Of a DNA stretch of 64,000 nucleotides, positions 1 to 12,029 are shown one piece after another. The DNA is from Macrostomum lignano (lineage: Eukaryota). Location: NCBI GenBank assembly GCA_002269645.1, contig NIVC01001879.1, forward strand, positions 62,001-126,000, in the 5' to 3' direction. A program made the translations under genes and the position numbers. The first letter of the stretch is position 1. Each line of letters starts with the position of its first letter. Below the pieces are notes generated by a model, which was given only the letters and a program-made list of their open reading frames with translations, did no database searches and was not told the origin of the DNA.

Positions 1-45
1 CAACAGAAATATTAATCAAAATATGAATTTTTATTTATAGACAAG

Positions 46-533
46 CTAAATGCCCCACTATATGATGGATACAGGAGCTAAATACCCCACTATATGATGG
101 ATACAGAAGCTAAATACCCCACTATATGATGGATACAGAAGCTAAATACCCCACTATATGATGGATACAGGAGCTAAATGCCCCACTATATGATGGATAC
201 AGGAGCTAAATACCCCACTATATGATGGATACAGAAGCTAAATACCCCACTATATGATGGATACAGGAGCTAAATACCCCACTATATGATGGATACAGGA
301 GCTAAATACCCCACTAAATGATGGATACAGAAGCTAAATACCCCACTATATGATGGATACAGAAGCTAAATACCCCACTATATGATGGATACAGAAGCTA
401 AATACCCCACTATATGATGGACACAGAAGCTAAATACCCCACTATATGATGGACACAGAAGCTAAATACCCCACTATATGATGGACACAGAAGCTAAATA
501 CCCCACAATATGATGAACACAGAAGCTAAATAC
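46..533. repeat. 32-bp tandem minisatellite, about 15 copies
   Basis: Unit GCTAAATACCCCACTATATGATGGATACAG(A/G)A repeated head-to-tail, degenerating at the right end. Confidence 0.95.
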
Positions 534-689
534 CACATTACAATAGCAAGGATAAAGGACCTAAATGAAGATAGAGACAATCATTGTTCCAAGCCAAGAA
601 TACCTTTCAACTCTGTTTATTTCGGCATTAAAAAAACACTTGAAATTTGAATCTCCGACAGTTTTAAAAGTACATTGCTCATGAGATCC

Positions 690-1124
690 CTACTTCAGCG
701 GGATGAACCGAGAGCTGTGAGTAGCGCCAATACCCGGTCGGCCATGCTTCACAGGCTTGTAGGTGAGCGAGAACTCTCCCAGGTAGTGCCCAATCATGTC
801 CGGTTTCACTTCAACAGCATTGAAAGTCTTGCCGTTGTACACGCCAACAATGGAGCCGACCATCTCAGGCAGCACAGGCATGTTGCGCAGGTGAGTCTTG
901 ACAGTTGCGGGCTTCTCACCAACAACGCATTCCTTCTTAGCCTTGCGCAGCCGCTTCAGCAGAGACTGGTGCTTGCGCTTCAGGCCTCGGTTGAGGCGGC
1001 GGCGAATCCTGCAGGTGGCCAACTCGGAGAACTGATCGATGCTCATGTCCAGCAGCTGGTCCAGCTCCACTCCGCGGTAATAGTACTTGCGGAAGGTCCT
1101 GCTCTTCTTCTGGTCGTCAGCCAT
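690..1124 (-). CDS. RPS15: 40S ribosomal protein S15 (uS19), copy 1
   Basis: 144 aa with typical RPS15 motifs ([65 protein letters not shown]). Pyrimidine tract plus AG (TTCTCTTTCCAG) 8 nt before the ATG suggests a 5' UTR intron or trans-splice site. Confidence 0.98.
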   Translation of the reverse strand: MADDQKKSRTFRKYYYRGVELDQLLDMSIDQFSELATCRIRRRLNRGLKRKHQSLLKRLRKAKKECVVGEKPATVKTHLRNMPVLPEMVGSIVGVYNGKTFNAVEVKPDMIGHYLGEFSLTYKPVKHGRPGIGATHSSRFIPLK

Positions 1125-1831
1125 TGGTTAGACTGGAAAGAGAATGGGATCAATGTGGAAATGTGTACACCTCGCGTGAGCTTGTGCCTGCCAAGGACTA
1201 CTAAAGTGGACAGACGGGAAACTGCCGGCTTCTCCAAACGAAAAAATACACTACGGTGATAGGAAGTTTTTTTTCAGAAAAAAATTTTTCCTGAAAAAAT
1301 GAATACTTCCTATTTCCGTACTGTATTTGCCTGCCTCCCAAAGTTTTCCAAGAATCGCGGCTTCTCGTCCTACTACCCGAGTAGTCTGAGGTGCCTGCTT
1401 GGGGGGGGGGGCACTTTACGTTGGCTGTGGGTGAACTAATTAAAAATATTTTAATACCCCCTTAGAAAGAGTCAACAAAACAACTGCTTTGGATTTCGAA
1501 GTGTTCCTATTTCGGTAATAATGATATTAAACCTTAAACCTTGGGAAAAGAAACAGAAAATCAATAAATACAACAATGGAAAAACTCAAGCCAACACCAA
1601 AATTAGGCTGGTTTTATTTTAAGTTTCGCCAAAATGCGAAAAAAAATTCCGAAACTGATTTAACTAATTCAAGTTTTTTTCAACGCGACACTACTGGCGG
1701 ACACAAGATTTCGCCAATTTTGCAATTAATATTACTGTTCAATCAGATTTTAAACTCAAGATTTTGCCGCGGACACAAAATAACTATTAGTCAATGCCAG
1801 AAAAATGCTTCAGTTCAAGAAATCGCTAGTC

Positions 1832-3079
1832 TTAAGCGTCAGCAGGTACACGTTTGTTGCTTTTCTTTTTCTGCTTCTGCGGCCGACCGACTTTCTTCTT
1901 GTCGGCAGTCTTCTGCTTCTGCTCAGTGCTAGCACTCTTGGAAATTTTGCCTATCTCTTTTCTCTTGTTCTTTGACTGCTTTAACTTCTTCTCAGCTTGA
2001 GCAGTCTTGGCCTTGGTGGTCTTCTTCTTCTTACCAGCTTTGGACAGCAACTCTTGGTCCCAGAGACTAGCGCTTAGCTCAGCCAGGTCTTTATCCAAAT
2101 CTCTGGCTTCCTTTTTCTTTGTTGTCTTCGCCAAATCGGCGCCGCTAGCAGTCTTTGTAGCGGCTGGATCGGCGACAAAGATTGGCACATTGCCGCAAGA
2201 CGGATAGCGCAGATACAAACCGGCAATTGACAAGCCGTATTGACTAGCAAGTCTCTGAGCTGACTGTTGACAAGCTGACACAATGTTAGCTAATAGTCGC
2301 TGGTCTTCATCCAATCGGTCTTTGTCACTACTACTGCCACCCCGCGATAGCGGAGTCATCTGGCCAACCAAGCAAGACAAAGTGCTACCATTCAAACAGA
2401 CTCTAACGCAGCGCAGAGCGCGTTCAATTTCAGCGGACAAATTCTTTGCTTCCAAATCGACAGGCATAGGCAATTTCCGCCTATTCTTAGCGCCAAACTG
2501 TTTGCCAAGCTTATTGCCTAATCGGTGCACAATGGTCCGATCGGCTAAGAAGTAATCGTAGGCATAGCAGAGCCTACGCTTAGCCTCGTGAGGCATGTAA
2601 GCCACGGTCAGTTCGCGCAGAGGCAGCACCGTTAGACTGGCTTTAACGCCGCAAGATTTCAACAGTTCAGCGTAATGCGCCGATGTAGCATCATAATCTG
2701 CCGGAGCTCTTGGCAAATCTTTTGTGATAAGACAACCGGATTCTGTGTCCGGACAGTGCACCAAGTTTGGCAGCGTCAAGATTATCGTGTTACCATCCGA
2801 GGATTTGATGGATTTCGCTTCTGATGACAAGGTAATAGTGAGCAATAACTCGGACGGTTCAAACAACTGAAGACTCTTTTTAATACTATTGGGAGTTCTA
2901 TAACAAATAGCGCCGTTAGCAACGGAAGCTAGTCGAACTGTGCGCAGAGCGTTCGAAGCTCGTTTAGTAAGTTCGTCCTGCGTCAAGGGTAGCGAATGCT
3001 GAAGTTGTTCAACTGCCGGAGGCTGGGCAGCCTTGACAGATGTTGCTTTCTGGTTCTTGCTCATTTTGGCGACATGCAT
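1832..3079 (-). CDS. RSL1D1: Ribosomal L1 domain-containing protein (RSL1D1/Cic1/Utp30-like), intronless
   Basis: 415 aa. The segment CLITKD...EAKRRLCYAYDYFLAD...LGKQF...KLPMPVDL matches the ribosomal L1-domain pattern of RSL1D1, followed by a Lys-rich basic tail typical of nucleolar proteins. Confidence 0.8.
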   Translation of the reverse strand: MHVAKMSKNQKATSVKAAQPPAVEQLQHSLPLTQDELTKRASNALRTVRLASVANGAICYRTPNSIKKSLQLFEPSELLLTITLSSEAKSIKSSDGNTIILTLPNLVHCPDTESGCLITKDLPRAPADYDATSAHYAELLKSCGVKASLTVLPLRELTVAYMPHEAKRRLCYAYDYFLADRTIVHRLGNKLGKQFGAKNRRKLPMPVDLEAKNLSAEIERALRCVRVCLNGSTLSCLVGQMTPLSRGGSSSDKDRLDEDQRLLANIVSACQQSAQRLASQYGLSIAGLYLRYPSCGNVPIFVADPAATKTASGADLAKTTKKKEARDLDKDLAELSASLWDQELLSKAGKKKKTTKAKTAQAEKKLKQSKNKRKEIGKISKSASTEQKQKTADKKKVGRPQKQKKKSNKRVPADA

Positions 3080-3180
3080 TCAAGTGGACGAATAATTATT
3101 AATTGGGTAGAGTAATTATAATCCATAAATTAAGAGGGAAATTTATTCCTAACGTGTAGAGGGCAATAATCGATGAGGTA

Positions 3181-3910
3181 GATAGAGAGTAGTTATCGAT
3201 AAGATAGAGAGGTTAGTTATCGATAAGATAGAGAGGTTACTTATCGATAAGATAGAGAGGTTAGTTATCGATAAGATAGAGAGGTTAGTTATCGATAAGA
3301 TAGAGAGGTTAGTTATCGATAAGATAGAGAGGTTAGTTATCGATAAGATAGAGGGTAGTTATCGATAAGATAGAGAGGTTAGTTATCGATAAGATAGAGG
3401 GTAGTTATCGATAAGATAGAGAGGTTAGTTATCGATAAGATAGAGAGGTTAGTTATCGATAAGATAGAGAGGTTAGTTATCGATAAGATAGAGGGTAGTT
3501 ATCGATAAGATAGAGAGGTTAGTAATCGATAAGATAGAGAAGTTAGTTATCGATAAGATAGAGAGGTTAGTTATCGATAAGATAGAGGTTAGTTATCGAT
3601 AAGATAGAGAGGTTAGTTATCGATAAGATAGAGAGGTTAGTTATCGATAAGATAGAGAGGTTAGTTATCGATAAGATAGAGAGGTTAGTTATCGATAAGA
3701 TAGAGAGGTTAGTTATCGATAAGATAGAGGGTAGTTATCGATAAGATAGAGAGGTTAGTAATCGATAAGATAGAGGGTAGTTATCGATAAGATAGAGAGG
3801 TTAGTAATCGATAAGATAGAGAGGTTAGTTATCGATAAGATAGAGGGTAGTTATCGATAAGATAGAGAGGGTATTTATTGATAAGATGGAGGAAAGTTAT
3901 CGATAAGGTA
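3181..3910. repeat. 24-bp minisatellite (some 22-bp units), about 30 copies, each with the palindrome TTATCGATAA
   Basis: Unit TTATCGATAAGATAGAGAGGTTAG. I count about 30 ATCGATA cores, 3 of them as the variant TAATCGATAA. Confidence 0.95.
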
Positions 3911-4193
3911 GAGAGGTAATCATATGTAAGGAGTAAACCTTATAAACAATCTAATATACCAAATAATACTTTTAAGGTAGAAAACTCGAAGCAAAAAGTC
4001 AAAGACAAAACAAAAATATTCCAAGCTATTAAACTGTTAGTCGATCAAACTGATCGATATATTATTTTTTTCCAATTCACTGATCCAACTCAACAAACCG
4101 TTATTATTTGGCCAAGAATTCACCGCCAAAGCCTTCTAACTAACAGAAAATCACACTCGCAGTTTTCAGTCTCTTTCCAGCTAGCAGCAAAGC

Positions 4194-4628
4194 TCACTTC
4201 AGCGGAATGAACCGAGAGCTGTGAGTAGCGCCAATACCCGGTCGGCCATGCTTCACAGGCTTGTAGGTGAGCGAGAACTCTCCCAGGTAGTGCCCAATCA
4301 TGTCCGGTTTCACTTCAACAGCATTGAAAGTCTTGCCGTTGTACACGCCAACAATGGAGCCGACCATCTCGGGCAGCACAGGCATGTTGCGCAGGTGAGT
4401 CTTGACAGTTGCGGGCTTCTCACCAACAACGCATTCCTTCTTAGCCTTGCGCAGCCGCTTCAGCAGAGACTGGTGCTTGCGCTTCAGGCCTCGGTTGAGG
4501 CGGCGGCGAATCCTGCAGGTGGCCAACTCGGAGAACTGATCGATGCTCATGTCCAGCAGCTGGTCCAGCTCCACTCCGCGGTAATAGTACTTGCGGAAGG
4601 TCCTGCTCTTTTTCTGGTCGTCAGCCAT
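4194..4628 (-). CDS. RPS15: 40S ribosomal protein S15 (uS19), copy 2
   Basis: Protein identical to copy 1. The CDS differs at 3 synonymous sites and the stop codon (TGA vs TAG). Confidence 0.97.
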   Translation of the reverse strand: MADDQKKSRTFRKYYYRGVELDQLLDMSIDQFSELATCRIRRRLNRGLKRKHQSLLKRLRKAKKECVVGEKPATVKTHLRNMPVLPEMVGSIVGVYNGKTFNAVEVKPDMIGHYLGEFSLTYKPVKHGRPGIGATHSSRFIPLK

Positions 4629-6850
4629 TGGTTAGACTTCTTGCTTGAAATATATCAAGAGCATTTGCATCATTTTCAGTTAAATGTATGGCTGCTCATA
4701 ATGTAATGATTAAAAGTCAATACTATTGGGTATGAGTATGCTAAAGACTATTATATTTGTATTTAAAAATGCCCAGAAGGTAATTTTTTATAAAAAATAT
4801 ACTAAAAGTTATTTCGCTTAATGCCTGTCTTAACAGGTTTGTTTACCTGGCAAAATAAAAAGGAACTACAATGGATCATAGCTTCAATTATTCTGGCAGT
4901 TTGCAGAGCACCACCAAATATAGTTCCAAGGTCATCAAGAATCTATATCACAATGATTTGGAGGAGGACAAGTTTGAGTGCATTGAAGAATTTTATAGTG
5001 CCCTCTAAACTGTATATTTTAAAGCCCTTTTGCAACATATTTCTTTGTTTCTTTATTGGCAAAATTTTTGTATAAACACCAGTGAAATAAAAGAAGTCTT
5101 TTATTTCAACAAATTTTTATCCTGTTACTTTTGTGTAGATACACAAAATTTACACTTTGAAAATACACTAGATTGTACAATATTGGTTTGTTTTTCCACT
5201 TTTCAGTATGCAATTTTGCTTTTTCTTTAATGCATAAACAAAATTTTACACATCTAAATCAACTTTAAGTATTGTCAACTCTAAGAGATCTAACTCTTAG
5301 TATTGTCAATTACAGTGTGTCTATAGAAATATCAATAATTAATATCAAATATCAAAATATGTCCACTGATTGGCACTTTCTATCCTTTAATTGACACTTC
5401 TTGTCCACTCACTGACAAATCCTATCTATTTACCAATGCCTCCTGTCCACTTACTGACATTCTTAAAATTAAAAAAGAACATTTGCATGGCTATACTTAT
5501 CTTGTGCATAACACAGTATTTTTTCCTATCTACTAGTATGTTTTCTTCTTAAAAACTAAAAGAAAAAATGAAGTGCATGAAACAAAAACAATGGTATACT
5601 ACTTCTATATCTTTTAAAAATATAAAGTTTATTATTATTTTTTTCAAATAAAAATATGTTATAAATAGAAACAAAACTGCTTTTTTTAGTTTTTAGACAG
5701 TGAGTTTTTTATATTAGTACATATTAGGTTTAATGCCATAAAAAAGGGTAAGACCGAGCACTGGGTTTATATACTAGGTTTATACACTATACTCTAGATC
5801 ATTTAGTATATATACAAAAAATTTCAATATGCATTATCCTTGCATAGCAAAAGTAAGTGTGCATAGTTAGCACGCATCATTTCAAAAAATAATGTATATA
5901 TATATACATACCTAGTATGCTTTTTATAGAATCAGAGAAAAATTATTTTGAAGCAAAAAAGTTTGTTTTTTAGGCTTACTAAGTTTTGTAAGTTTATAAA
6001 CCATTAAAAAAATCTTTGCAAATATTGATTTTCTATATATTATTACCAATAAAGCAAAAAAATCTACCAAATTATTTGCAAAAAATGGGTTTATTATGCA
6101 ATTTAAAAGATCATTTAATATTGCAAAATTAATATAGTTTTTGAAAATAGACATGTCGTAAACACTTTTTTCAACATACATTTGATAACTAAGCATATTT
6201 AATTTTTGTTTGGGTATAGATCCTATAGTTCGGAACACCCTGAATATATGCCGGACTAAAATCTCTCACAATATTTTTGGTACGCTAGTGTACGCCAAAT
6301 TTTACAACAATGAATTATTTTGTTTTTAAATTGTGTAAAATAACATTTTTAGCTAATAATTTGGTTAATACTTTTGCTTTTTTGCTGATATTATTTATAG
6401 CGAAAACCTAATACATGCAAAGATTTGTTTAAATTTTTTATTACGAGCTTTAAAAACCCAGAAACTTAAAACTGCTTAAAAATAAACTTGTAATTTTATT
6501 TTATTTTTTATTTTTATTTTATAACTGTTCACGAACTCTTCCGTGTGATTATATTAACTGCATGCACACTATTTTCTTAGACTATTTGATTTGATTCCAC
6601 AACTGCAGGAACATGTACGCTACTTTTTGAATATGAATTTTTATATGCCAGATAGTACGCCAGATTTCAAAAAGTAAAAAATTGTACGCCAAGTGTACAC
6701 CAAAAGTTGTGAATGTATGCTGGATAAATCCGGCATACCACCCTTCTTCCGGACTATGGTATACATTTAGCATGATCCAGACTAGTTTGTATATCAATAC
6801 AAAAAATTGTTATTAGACTATTTATTTAGGCCTACTATACTATTATGTCA

Positions 6851-7345
6851 AGATATATCCAGGTTTCTTGAAGTTTATGTTGATAAAATAGTTGCAATTT
6901 TTATAGGATCATAATTCTGTCTCTATAAAGGTTTTTGATGGTGCTGATTTTAAATTTGAGCTTCATTTTTCGGTAGCTTTAACCCAATTATATGTTGCTT
7001 AAAGCCACAAATATCTAATATCTAATATCTAATATCTAATAGCTTTTTAGATATTATTATTAATATTAATCTTTTATTGGCCTAATGAAGTTCTAGCATA
7101 TGTGCTACTATATTAAAAGTCTAGTGGATACATTTTCAAAAATGTATTTGTAGAAACTTTTGCTTACTGAACCTCATTAAATGAATAGGAAATTGAGTAA
7201 ATTGTGATTGAGTACAGGTAACTTTCTGCTATTTTATTTGCATTTTTGAGATTTTCGGTGTCCCAAAAGTGTCTACCGCAAGTTTTAGAAAAATTGGAAA
7301 ATTGGAAGTATTTTATCAACATAAACTTCAAGAAGCCCATATATC
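6851..7345. mobile_element. Degenerate MITE-like element with about 50-bp imperfect inverted arms
   Basis: TTCTTGAAGTTTATGTTGATAAAATA (6865-6890) is the exact reverse complement of 7309-7334, with imperfect extension on both sides. No clear TSD. Confidence 0.5.
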
Positions 7346-9032
7346 CTAGTATACATTAAAATATTTAGACCTTTGTTATACATTAGGAAATCTTGGTATA
7401 CATGTGTTGCCTTTTGAACTATGGGTATTTAGCTTAAAAATAATAAGAGAAATCAAATAATAGAAAGACTTATAAGACTTAGATTATAGGCCTATTTAGG
7501 CCCCCTATATCTAACAAAAATGGTATTACAAAACTTCACATAGGTATACAATAAAGATTGTACAATAGTATAACCTCTAGTTTAAGTACACACAAGCTAA
7601 AAAGTGAAGAAGATCTATTCTATTGTAATATTTTTATATTTTATTCTTTTATATACAAGGTTGAACATTGAATTAGGGCCTACAATACAAAAAAACAAAT
7701 TAATTATAATATAAATATACTAAATTGTTAATTTAGTGTTTTTTATCTGTCTGTCTATTGTTAATTTTTTTCAAGAACCATCTGGCTAAGTTTTTTTTCA
7801 AATTAGCTTTAAAAAATCTCTATTTTTGGGGGCTAATGGCAAAGTGTAGGCCTAACTCATTTGATAAAAAATTTAAATAGGATCTATTATTTTAAAAAAG
7901 TTCAAAGAGAAATTGTCCATTGGCAAATAGAGTGGCAACTTTTCAATGTTGCGAAGTTCACACAAAATTTTGAACAATAAAATCAATGTGGACATAGGTC
8001 ACATATTCGAAAAAAAACTATTTTTTCATGCTTTCAATGTTTGAATTTTTAATTTGAATGCTCCCCTCCCTGGCCTGGGGACTTAATGCGCTAGTTTAAA
8101 ACTAACTTTATAGATAGCTCATTTTGCCATTTATTATTTTTGCTGCAGATTCCTTAGTTACTATGCTATTATTATTTTCCGATTCCATTGCAGATTCTGC
8201 CTTTCACTGGTTAGGCCTACCTGCTATCTATACCAATTAGTGACTTTGTCAACCATTTGAGAAAAGGCCAATTAATAAAATCACTAGCACCCAAATTTTC
8301 TAGCATAAAGGCTATTTACTTTCTACGTTTCTAGACTTCGCAACACCAGGATTTACAAGCTCGTTTGGGGTAACTACGTTTACTGAAAAAAAAACAGAAA
8401 ATGATTATTAGTAACTTTGAACCTAAATAATTGCGTCAAACCAGTTTAAAAACATTTAAGATATAACAAATTTAAAAAATGCGTTTAGCTTTCAAATGTA
8501 AAAAGGTATATTTGCTTACTTTTTAAAATAACTAATGTAATAAACCGCTTTCAAGATTGTGTTAAATTTAAAAAAAATATAATTTAATAAACCCGTCGTG
8601 TTATAAACTATTCTGTTTGAACAATAACAAAAACAAAGAACTGCGCATATGTAATGAGGGTTTGCCTGCGACATGTTACTTAGGGGATCAATATCACGAA
8701 GGAATAATTACATGTATACTTAAAGATGGTAAATCTCGAAGGAATACATTTACTGTAATGTAATGTTCTACTGTACTGCTTACAAAGTTTGCGTATTTAA
8801 TTTAAGTACATGTAACATGTAAAATGCTAAGAAAGTACGACCAAAGGAGAAAATTACATATACATCGTGACTGTAATTTTGGAGGTTCAACTTTGAATTC
8901 AAGGTTGAAGGCTCAATTTCAGAAAAAAACTGATAAATATTGTTCCTAAATGTATTGGCCATGGAAGAACGAGCACGACTTCATATACATGTACATGTAC
9001 ATTTGGTCCAATTAAGTTTGAAAAACCGGCGG

Positions 9033-9066
9033 ATTGCTATGGCGACGTCGCGGAACGTTGACGTCA
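9033..9066. promoter_or_regulatory. Candidate RFX X-box plus CRE composite element
   Basis: ATTGCTATGGCGAC (9033-9046) fits the X-box consensus, and the TGACGTCA palindrome lies at 9059-9066. Motif match only. Confidence 0.3.
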
Positions 9067-9543
9067 ACAGCCATAAATCAAGGTTAATAGACTTGCTCTG
9101 TCATAAACTTGATCGGGAGCCGTACATTGTGTAAAAAATATCACCCTAAATATATTAATTAATGCATGCATATATGTACGTATACATGTACATGTACGTA
9201 GTAATGTTTACAAGTGTCTGTGCATCATGTATGTAAGGAAAAAGCTTTGCTGAAGCAAACACGTGCATCTAACAATGCAATTTGGAATCTCGATTAAGAT
9301 GATAGAAATATATTGATCATGTACATGTACTATGTGCATTTAATTAATTTTATCGTTCGAGTTGCTTCACTTTTTTCATTATTACATGCAGATCGTCTGT
9401 TTTTAATGAAATAAAACGAATTGTCTCTCCTTAAGTTAAGTTATTAAGTTATTCATCCTTAATTCAATTTGCATACTGAATCTTTCTTGTCAATGATATA
9501 GCGTTAATTTGCATGCAGTTTCAATAATGACGTTGACGATTAA

Positions 9544-11354
9544 TCAATTAAAAAGCGGGCTCATGGCGACCCAGTTGAAATCATAAACCGACGGGAGTCC
9601 AGCGTGGCTCACGTTTGGGAATTGACTCCACGCGAACGGCGACAGCGGGTGGCCTGCGCTGCCTCGAGATGGCCCGCTGATGGCATAGCTTGTCAGATGC
9701 TTGGCCAACTGGAACTCCGTGAACTTCGTGTCGTAGCAACCAAAGGCGCCGGCATCAGAGCCCTTCCTCAGGTCGCCCCGACAGCAGATGCTGTTGCACG
9801 CGTCGCCCTCGGAGTACGGATCGTCGGCGAACTCGTTGAAGCGAAGGACGGCCGCCATGCCGGCTGCGTCGAAGACTCGAGGTGCCTCCCGGCGGAAGAT
9901 TTTCGCTCGGGCGCCATCTGGTAGGAGAAGTCCAGGCCGCGCTGCTTCACCACATCCGGGTAGCCGCTCAGGTTGTAGACCGTCTCGTGGAACGGCACGT
10001 TATAGGAAGGGAAATAGCCGGTGCGCAGCAGGCCCGTCTGATCCGAAGACACCACCAGAGTCGGGATCTGCTCCACGACAGTCAGCGCTCCGTCATCGAT
10101 GGACGCGTTTGGTCGGATTTTGCGTAGATCGATCACCATGTACTGATTGTTGTAGGTCCCGGAGTTCTGCTGAGTCATCACCCACGCCCAGTGGCTTCCA
10201 TTCCTCGCAATCTGATTGGCCACTCGAACCCGTTGCCATGCCAACAGGCTCTGAGGCTTCACCGTTTTGTACAGACTCACATTGAACACGCTGTTCGTAG
10301 TCTGCAGCACTACCATTCCGCTGTCGAGGATATAAAAGTCGTCCAGCGATTCTAGAAAACCGGGATAGCTTGAGAAGGAAATCAAAGGGCTGGACAAGTC
10401 TTTGTCGTTCAACTTGAGGAGGTAATTCTTGAAAATTCGAAGCGCTGCAGCATAAACAAACCAACTGGAGTGTCCCATAAAAATCTTTTCGAGGCCAGGA
10501 GTCACCCGAATCAAAGCGGAACAGTGCCCTGCTTTCTGGAAGAAAGTCGTGAACTCTGACTGCGACATCCTCATAAAGTGATCTTCCTTCGTGTTGTTCA
10601 ACGCCGTCTGCAGGTCCAGCATGTCTCCAACTGCATTGAGCAGGTGCAGTACAAACGGATCCCGAACCACGGTGTCATTCCTAGCCAAGTAGCCATCGAT
10701 GAGTCCTTGGAGCTGAGCCAGAACAAAGCCGGTGTGCCTCGCCACCGCCGACTGCGGATTCGCCGCGGCAAACTGCCGTACCCATTGAAATTGTCGAGTT
10801 AGAAACTGTCGAACTTTGGGTAGCAACACTTTCCTGCTTTGCTCAGTGCCGAAAAAGTTGGCCATCATGTTAGTGTACATGAGAGCGATGCGATCGGCAG
10901 TGAGGTAGCCCTCCACCAGGCCTGCTGCATACATCGAGGCCGTGTCATTCCTCAAAGCAGCGTCAGTTCCACTAATGACGTCGAGAATGTCCCAGCCCGT
11001 TTTGTTAAGCGTCTTAGCCAAAGATCCGTAGGCTACAGAATTTGGCGCCCAAGTGTTTGGCATAATGTTGAACTTGCCGTTCTTGTAAACGATGCTAGCT
11101 TTCACAAGGGCGTCCCGACCGTTTGGAGGTGGTGTAACCCATGGCGGGTAGTTGCGGCTCTTTGTTGGCTCTTGGATAGTCGGCTTATGAGTCAGCTGGT
11201 CCATCTGCCAGACGGTGTTTCTTTGCTTCGGCCAGCGAAGCCTCAACGATCGGTCACCACGATTGTCATGCTCAACAACCGCTGAAGTTGTGAACTCGGT
11301 GAAGCCAGCAATTAGCAGAGCTGCTAGAAGAACAAAGGACAACGTTGATTGCAT
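9544..11354 (-). CDS. PLBD1: Phospholipase B-like 1 (Ntn-hydrolase, lysosomal), intronless, with a 1-nt frameshift near 9909-9911
   Basis: Signal peptide; GHCSALI nucleophile motif; HSSW, FSSYPGFLESLDDFY, NSGTYNNQYM and SYNVPFH motifs. Adding one C to the CCC run restores APRAKIFRR and joins ORF 9768-11354 to ORF 9544-9858 (DPYS...ICCRGDL...YDTK), giving about 603 aa. Confidence 0.92.
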
Positions 11355-12029
11355 TGCGTGTTTGCAGTTTTACGTTCGTATAACTTGGTTGTCCGTTGGT
11401 GCAACAGAAACGCTTTCTTCTCAGCTTTATCTTTCGTTTGACTAAGCCGTTTTTGCTTATATAAACTGCATACATGGAAGTTGCAGTCTGAAAATGATAT
11501 CGAAATAAACGGTTTGCGTTCAAATCTAAAACCTGTTGCTTTTGTGCTTTTAATGTACGAATCGAAATTCAGCAGGCTGTGTATACAGATGCGTTATCTA
11601 TGCGAATTCAACTACGAGTGTACGCTCCTGTAAGTCCACCGAGGTATATGACAATACATGTGCATGTAGAAGTGTATATCGCAGTTCACATACTTTAAAA
11701 ATCTATGCAAATGACATACTTCGAAAGTTCGAAAGTTGCAGATAAACAGAAACAGTTTTTATCACACCCAGAAGGACGTTCGTCGAATAAAAACGACATG
11801 TACGAGCTAAAAGGAAAATTTGAGGTTCAAAGACTAAAGTCATGCCTGTGTGATAAACAAAGTTTTCAAGCAGATATCTGACTAGATTAAGATTTCAGTT
11901 TAACTTCTAACTTAAAAAAATTTAACTTCAACTAGCACATAAATTAACAGGCTTACGTTAAGTTAGGGGTTAGCAATTTTTTACAAAAGGGTCAGAGAGA
12001 CAACCTAGCGCATGACTGTGCATGGGCCA

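Noticed and set aside
46-533. CRISPR-like array (32-bp repeat; also considered for the 24-, 22- and 39-bp arrays)
   Set aside because: Units are contiguous with no unique spacers, there are no cas genes, and the context is eukaryotic.
675-1259. Plus-strand ORFs 675-1259 and 4221-4706
   Set aside because: Antisense shadows of the GC-rich RPS15 coding sequence.
690-4628. SL trans-spliced operon RPS15-RSL1D1-RPS15
   Set aside because: Same strand and compact, but RSL1D1 has no acceptor AG just before its ATG and the intergenic gaps have promoter-like features; no direct support.
4821-8960. Short ORFs in the AT-rich region (including a 45-codon MDHSFNY... frame near 4870)
   Set aside because: No recognisable domains and no consistent exon chain; composition fits non-coding or ancient TE debris.
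8980-9340. Repeated TACATGTA palindromes as a regulatory array
   Set aside because: The motif is scattered through AT-rich and MITE sequence across the window and looks like a simple low-complexity repeat.
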